NCBI RefSeq assembly: GCF_022539665.2 | Contig: NC_081333.1 | Location: 6,386,001-6,450,000 of the forward strand | Length of the DNA: 64,000 nucleotides | Reading direction: 5' to 3' | Origin: Daphnia carinata | Taxonomy: Eukaryota | In this document: positions 57,201 through 64,000 of the stretch, in pieces | Layout: each line of letters begins with the position of its first letter | Position numbering within the stretch: position 1 is the first letter of the stretch | Notes under the pieces: model-generated | The model's input: the letters and a program-made list of their open reading frames with translations, nothing else | The model's database searches: none | Told to the model about the DNA's origin: nothing | Position numbers and translations under genes: made by a program

Positions 57201-58400
57201 TGATGGGCTCTTCATTTCCACATCAATTGTATTTTAAAATGTGTTGGTTCTTTTGTTTACCAATTTTGGCTGTTAGTATTCGTTTACATAAAGACATTGT
57301 GGCTTCTTTATTTGAAGATCACAAATTTTCTCACGTTTACAGATGAAGCATTCATTGGTTTGTATTCTGCAAATTTTACAGGCCGACTTCATTTGCAACT
57401 TTGAAACTGAAGAGCTACTCGAGAATGGACTGCTGATGGACTACAAGAAATACCAAACTCACAGGTGACAAGCATTCAACAAGTCACGGTTTATTCAAAG
57501 CTTTCAGTAGTTATTTGTTAACAGGTGCCACACTGAAGCGTGCAGATGTTGGCATACAGCGAGTTCCACCACTCTCAAACAACGGCGTTTAACGTTTTCA
57601 ACCCATCCAGGTTAAGGGGATATACACTTTTGCTTCAGTTCTTTTTCAACATAACTTGTGGTTTTGGTTTACCGTTTTGGCTGTTGTTTGCGTTTAAAAA
57701 AACATACTGTTTCTTAATTTAAAGATCACGTTGACTTGCATGCTGCAATTTTCACAGGCACACTCCATTTGCAATTTTCGAAGTTAAGAGCTGCGTTTTC
57801 AACCAGGTGACTACAGTTTTCTTTGACGTCGTGCTCGCCCAAAATAATGCCTAAAGCTAAGCTAATTTAAACCACAACTAAAATACAACAAATGTGAAGC
57901 TCACACGCGCAAAGCACTCAACCAGTCTCATATGTCATGAAGCTTTCAGTGCTTATTTGTCAACAAGTAGCTCATTGAAATATGCAAATCATACCATTCA
58001 CCAAGTACTACTTTCAACCAACAACATTCAGTTTTTTTAACGTCTGCCGGATGAAAGGGCTCTGCGTTGATCATTTCAGTTCTAATTTAACATGCGTTAC
58101 TATATTTCTTTCACTCCTTGGCTGTTGTTAAAATTAAAAGAAGACGGTGGCTTAATCTGAACGCTGAATGGTGAAACACTGAATGGTGAACTGGTGTAGC
58201 ATATATTTGAGTTGCATTGTGCAAATTTCAGAAGCATAGTTTCATTCGCAACTTTGAAAGTGAAAAGCTGCGCGAGGATCGACTGCTGATCAACCAAAAG
58301 AAATGTCACAGGTTCGAAGCACACAACATATCACACTTGACTTAAAGCTTGCAATATTTATTATTGAACAGGTTCCTTATTGAATGATAATTCTTTAAAA
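54210..58400. repeat. About 1.05-kb internal duplication plus degenerate 320-440-bp tandem modules inside Helitron 2
   Basis: 54210-55180 is repeated at about 55260-56210. A TTATTTGTCAACAGG-like anchor recurs near 54957, 55987, 56389, 56710, 57100, 57511, 57953 and 58360, along with recurring GAAAGGGCTCTG, GAAGATCACA and GGACTGCTGAT motifs. Confidence 0.75.
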
Positions 58401-59806
58401 AAATTTATAAAAATTTTTTTTAACTTAACGAGCTGCATCTCCAGTTCCGCTCCATTTTAACAATGATGTTATAGTTCAATAACAGGTCAATGCCTGTATT
58501 TGGGAATTAATGGCCAATTTCTAAAATATGCAAATTCAGTTACAACTTCATATCAACAAGTCTCACATTATGTTCATGTGCTCGCTGAAAATTTTACAAT
58601 CACACTTTGTTTTCGATTACACGACAGAAACATTAAATCTTCTGGAACTATTATGCATTCTAGAGAAACGATATCTTAAGTCTGATGTGCATATGAGCAG
58701 TCAACGAGTTTAACATGCAGCTGCAAGCTCTTGAATGTCGTATCTTTCAACAAGGTTCACAATCGAGCAAGTAACACCATCCAGTATTCTCATTTAATTT
58801 TTGATTATTGCAGTAATGTTTCAGATAACGTTTACGCTCCTGACTAAAATTGGCAATTGACAGTGGATTCCGGAAATTGGTCATATATGAGAAGGAGAAT
58901 TCATTCAATGAGTACGATTTAAACCCGAAACGTTTGCGATTTCATTAGCGTAATGCTAAATCAACGCTGTTATACAACTGACGAATGAACGCTTGTTTGC
59001 CGATTCATTCGTGACCCATCACCAGATAGCAATGGAAAGGTTCTGTAAGGATTGTTAACAAAAATAGCAAAAACTACAACTGGCACTAGCGATAGGCTTA
59101 ACATTTTGCCTACCCCTTTTTCGTCCCTCCTACCATTGATCGAATAGGAAAAGCGTGACATTGAAATACCTGGAGTAGGGTTCGACAACCTGAAACACAT
59201 TTCCAACTGCCACCGGCAAGTGCTTAAACATTTTTTCTTTCGAAGTTAAACGAACTGGAGTAAAACTGCATGCAGGATGAAAACGCAGATAGACGGAAAA
59301 TCGCGAATCGACGCCGGATATTGGGGGGGGGGGGCTTGCCTACAGGACGAGAGAAAACGAAGTGCAGACACTAAATACTAGAATTCACCTATTACCGTCC
59401 TGGGACGGGCCGCCATATACTAGTCCGATTCCATAATAGTCAACCTTCCTTCACGACCTATGCGTTGCCCCGGTTAACGATCGTGGAATCTGTTATAACC
59501 TGTTAACAAAACATGAAGTTATTATGTCTTCATATATCACACAAGAAAAGTGTTTTAATTTTAGTTGCTGCACAACTGCCCTTGAGCCGTCGATTCTTGT
59601 AGGCCGGTCTTGATTCAAATTTTTAAGAGTTCCATCTTCCGGAGCGCTCTGTTATAAACCTTTTATTAGGAAATTAGACTTGATTAATTTACAATTCCAA
59701 AATGGTCTGAAGTACAAGCCTTCGCGGCCAAAATGGCTTGAAAATTATACTGAATGACCAAGCCCTTAACTAGCAGTCCGAAAAGACGTACTACTACCAG
59801 ATCGAA

Positions 59807-61315
59807 TAGCAGAACGATTATCTACCCGGGATATCATTCATCGAAAGATCAGCTTCTTCTTCATCGATTTCAAGAGCCCGCCTGAACTGTTACGATACCT
59901 GTACCGAAAAAGTGAGGGGAGCTTTCAGTCAACAATAACCAGCCAGGGAACCCAACTAACCCACATCGAAGTAAAGGAGAAGAGGCCAGCACTGGACCCC
60001 CCCCCCATCTTCCACCCTAGGGACGTTGGTGTATGGGATGGAAGGCCAGCCTGCAGGAAGAATCAGCTCACCAATAGGAACACGGCAAGCTCAAAAATCA
60101 TCAGCACAGCTAATTGGGGTAATGCCGAAGATACCCCGCCACGCGAAAGAAGATACAATAGTTACGACCAGCAAAGCATCCAAAACTTCAATAACAACAG
60201 CACATCATCCAAAGCCTTTCGGGGGTCCAGCAATAATTAGAAGTTCCCTCGAGAACCGGTTAGCAGACGCAATGAGCAACGCACGGAAAAGGATCAGGAG
60301 CTTAGGCACAGAAGAGACCGTGGAACAAATAGATACGGCAACACCTCCTGCCGAGCCAACCACACGCATAGACATCAGAAGACATCGTACCCTGGCAACC
60401 AGAGGGAAGTGCGTGAATACGGCAAACTCTTGGCGAAAATGGACGACGGGCAACACGCGATCTTACGGAGCATAACGGACCAGAGCGATGGATGCCCACC
60501 GGTCAGGCCACTGGACCGGTCTTTTCATTCTCCCTCACCAAGGCTACTTGAGCAAAAATTAGCGGACAGCACGAACGAGCACAGGATGGAATGTTCGATT
60601 AAATTCGGCAACGAACTGATAGCGGCCCAAATAGCTAAACTGGAGAACCTCAAAATGTAAATGGAGGAGTTAAGAGCATCAAGGCCCAATTAACGGTGCA
60701 TGAACTGGCAGCAGCAGAGGAATTGCGATGTTTCCTTACAAGAAACACACACTATATCTACAGGGGTAGACTTGAGTCCCCAGTTCCTTTCTTCATCCCA
60801 CCAGCAACGGGGACGAATCAGAAATTGATGGTATCTGGTTAATTACCGAAGATGATGTCTACTGGAACGAGACATCCGAGAGGTGGCGCCACCAACCTGG
60901 AACCCGGAAGCAAGACCAACACGGGCCAGAGGTGGTAGGAATCGCCCATCAAAAAGCAGAAGCAAAGGAGCCCGTGGAAGATCAGAACACCGACAAAGAG
61001 TGACTTTCGAGGATGATTACTACACGGATAGGAGCCCATCCCCCCGTGGAGGGTTCAGCTATCCACGTCGGGGCCCCTACAGACCCTCAAAAAACTGAAG
61101 GCGAAAAGGCGAAACGAAACACAACGACGGCTGTAGGAAATTCCGACGTCCAGCACATTCCGATGGGACGACGAAGGGATAAACAGGAAGGCAATAGAAG
61201 CCCGGACACTCGGGACCGGGGAGTCGGTAGCCGAGGTAAGTCCAACACTAGGCGGGAACTAGCCAAGAAGTTCCCGGCGATTGACGAGAGTATACTGGTA
61301 GATGGCATAGGATAA
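59807..61315 (+). other. Degenerate coding-like, Arg/Ser/Pro-rich region of unknown identity, probably mobile-element derived
   Basis: GC- and purine-richer than host DNA. Chain of overlapping open frames (59807-60240, 60026-60475, 60409-60660, 60883-61098, 61013-61315) with no recognised domain, directly upstream of the repeated units. Confidence 0.35.
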
Positions 61316-61384
61316 AATGTAAGCGGAACTTGGCACGATTCGCCCGGCTAATCTTTGGCTTAAAAGGCCGATGATCGATACTAT

Positions 61385-63510
61385 AATATTGAAGCTACCT
61401 AACTGCTTCTACCTCTATGTAGAGCGGTCTCTACCGATAAATATTATGAGCCAACATTAAAAACCATGGTGACTGGAACCAGTTTTAGCCCAGAGAAAGG
61501 ATGATGTTGCCGGAGGAGAAACCGACAGAGGGTCGATCAAGGAGAGATGGAGGTTGGAGGAAGAGAAGGATCCTGCGGCTGAAAGATGAAAGAAACAACG
61601 ATGACATCTGTTCCAGCGTTTAACTTTATGTTATCTATTTTGTATAATCAGTCAACGGTGTTTTGTAAAATTGGGTATATAAAGACCGATTTTCGGTTGA
61701 GTAAATACACACAAGTTTTACCAAAGCCCCTGGAGTCGGCTCTTCATTTCGCTGATAACTCACCCATTCCAAATTCTCTTTATATCACTTGCTTGCTCTG
61801 TTGCTGCCCGTCGCTTCTGACCGTCATCGTCTGCCCGGCCTGAGTCAACCTGTTGAGCTGTTTCCGCCCGTCTCTTGGCCGTCCTTATCTACTCGGTGTT
61901 AAGGGATTCTGTTGAGTTGTTCTGCCCGCTGATCACAAGTCCTGTCCGCTCTTGCCGTCGCTTCAGCTGCCGTTCCACTCTAGGGGCACCACCGCATCCT
62001 CACAAGTAATTTTGCATTATTATTCGTGTCCGTCTTGTTGCCCGCGTCTCAGTGTGTCCGCGGTAATAACTGCGTCACATCCAGAAACTCTTCGTTAAAC
62101 CACGCTAACGACTGTATACTATAGTACACTCCAAATAAATCGCATCGGGGAGGATCCTCCCGCCAGACAACAACCACGCTCGGGTTAATGCACCCTACGC
62201 CACTACTTTATGCTGAGTCGGCAGTCTCCGACGAGGAGTATCGGAGCACCCCCCGTGCCCTCTCCTGATACGCTGGGATTTCACGTCCCAGGCCAGCCTG
62301 TCATTCTACATCGTCGGTAAACGGCGATTGGAGCAGCGATTTCACCGCTTCAGCTACCTGGGACTGATCAGTCCTAGGCCACTTCTTTACTCTGAGCCAG
62401 CAGGCTCCGGCATTTGGAATTGGCACCAAGAGGCTTTTACCAAAACGACGACTACTTAGCAATCTGGAACGGCATCGACTTTAATCTCTCTGTCAGAAAA
62501 TCTGACGTCCGACCCACAGTCAGAGGGCCAGGCCGGGACTTGCAGAGTGAATACAGGTGAAACCCCGGGAGACGGAGACACAGAACCTCCAGACGGAGAA
62601 ATCTAGCCAATCCCCGTGACATAAACAGACCTACCGTACAGCGGACTAAACAGTAGGTGTGGCCGGAGAAAAGGCCGTCTGCGCCGCTTAATAAGAACCA
62701 GGAACCCGGAGTATGATATTGAAATTTGTTGACATACCTCCCATCTATGTAGAACGGTCTCTAGCAAGAGAGGACCGAACCATGAATCAAGAACCAACGG
62801 GAAAAGGAAGGATAGTAGCCGCCAGAGAAATCCTTCAAGTATCGGGAAAGGGAAAAAATGGAATATCGTAGGAAGGGGCTATCCCGCGGTCAGAAGAAAG
62901 AAGAGTAAGCGGCGATCTCTGCAACAGCGTTGAAATTAATGTTCGTTTAATTAATTTATTTGTCAACGGTGGGTTTTGTAAGGGTATACATAAGGGTCTA
63001 TTAGGCCTAAGTAATACACTCACATTTTTGCACCGAAACCATCTACAAGTCTTGGAAATTATTCCTTGGTATTTCTTTCGTTGTTTTTTGCTCGTCGTTT
63101 GTGTGCCCGTTGTTCGCTGCCGTACTCCGCCTTGCCGCCGTTTGTCGCCGTTCACCGCCTTGCTCACACACCACCGCCCGACTTCCCGCGTTCACTGCCG
63201 CCACCTCGAATCCGCCGTCGCTTCACCGGAAACTTCAACTATAAATTCCAAGAGTAAGTACTTATATCACTTTTCCATTATTAGTCTATTTTTCTTTCTA
63301 GGCGTGGACCTCCTTGGCGCTGTCGTGTGTCCGGCCCATAAGCCCGCCAAAAGTTATGGTAGATCCCCCATAAGGGACCGTTACCACATTCTCCCGGCCA
63401 CTCTCAATGGAGAAGCCGCCCAAGCATACGCTGGCCCCTACAACGGGCTAGGCCTTAAAATTCCTCCTGCTTAGCATAGCAACTACTGAGTCGGCAGTCT
63501 CCGACGGTGG
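61385..63510 (+). mobile_element. Two diverged tandem units (period about 1.3 kb) preceding a Penelope-like RT; pseudo-LTR-like arrangement
   Basis: Collinear shared blocks: TCTATGTAGA[G/A]CGGTCTCTA (61414-61433 and 62744-62763); GTCAACGGTG..TTTTGTAA..GGGTATA (61651 and 62962); GTAA(A)TACAC (61702 and 63011); identical 21-mer (62213-62233 and 63486-63506). Confidence 0.6.
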
Positions 63511-64000
63511 AAGATATTCCACACTCTCACAGGCCGAATTGGTGGTATTAGCTAGGGGGTTAAACCTCGCACCAAGAAACTCCAAGAGAACACCTTGGGC
63601 ATCGGACATGGAACAGTTAAAGAGGACGATCAACCGAAAATGCTTCTGGTTCGGAAAGAGGAAAGTACAACGCAGCTGCATCGTGCAACGTATAATGAAA
63701 TCAAGTTGGCAGCCACCATGGAGAATCGACAAGGGGGTATCCAGTTGGGATGAGCTTCTTAGAACTATAAAAGGAAAGGTGCAGGACTCACTGAACCTGG
63801 AACCCAGATTGCAGTAGACATGGCAGGAACTCGTCTCCCATTCACAATTTCATGTCATAAAGGCGGATAAGGGAGGCAAAATATTTTGATGGAATAGGTC
63901 GGACTAAAGAAAAGAGGCCCGGCGGAAACTGGAGGATCGCTCCACCTACATGGAATTCCCATATGAACAAGCAATGAGGGAGTATTCGGATTTAAGGCAA
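63485..64000 (+). pseudogene. N-terminal part of a Penelope-like element reverse transcriptase ORF with in-frame stops; runs off the window
   Basis: One frame reads TLSQAELVVLARGLNLAP...NLEPRLQ*TWQELVSHSQFHVIKADKGGKIF*WNRSD*RKEARRKLEDRSTY. This matches the PLE motifs LS..E..VL.KGLNF.P and ADKG...V..NR.DY......L.D...Y that precede the RT core. Confidence 0.8.

Larger units (their letters stand above)
53888..59423 (+). mobile_element. Non-autonomous Helitron, family 2 (about 5.5 kb)
   Basis: 5' A|TCTACTATCTTTATAAAAGC followed by a GTTT/GTCT microsatellite-like tract, as in arthropod non-autonomous Helitrons. 3' hairpin CCGTC-CTGG-GACGG (59395-59408), then CTAG|T (59420-59424). No Rep/helicase ORF seen. 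That both ends belong to one insertion is inferred. Confidence 0.75.

Noticed and set aside
59424..64000. Hammerhead ribozyme expected in Penelope-like repeats
   Set aside because: A manual scan found only one CTGANGA (minus strand, 60104-60098), with no stem II or GAAA following. An Infernal search would be needed to exclude variants.

Overview
Eukaryotic, AT-rich animal DNA, not prokaryotic. Gene content and mostly 55-150 nt GT-AG introns suggest an arthropod, plausibly a Daphnia-like crustacean (inference only). Four intact spliced host genes were reconstructed by hand: HADHA (7455-10819, -, 14 coding exons), NDUFS3 (20989-22197, +, 6 exons), ARL2BP/BART (22301-23064, -, 5 exons) and a Runt-domain transcription factor ending in VWRPY (24160-39222, -, 6 exons). 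Mobile DNA includes a non-autonomous hAT element with an 8-bp TSD (12750-15301), three copies of a minisatellite-filled non-autonomous Helitron, a 5.5-kb Helitron of a second family, a decayed pogo/Tigger element, a hAT transposase remnant, and a Penelope-like retroelement region at the right edge. The most unusual feature is a stand-alone, apparently spliced ORF (16021-16824, -) with two complete, collinear Ty3/Gypsy-type aspartic protease domains and no gag, RT or integrase nearby: a candidate domesticated single-chain 'twin retropepsin'. Also notable are a conserved hairpin and short intron-like segments in two tandem units before the Penelope-like RT, and TE-borne CTCF-like and CCAAT motifs. 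Positions 1-7400 and 39300-47400 yielded no confidently identifiable genes.
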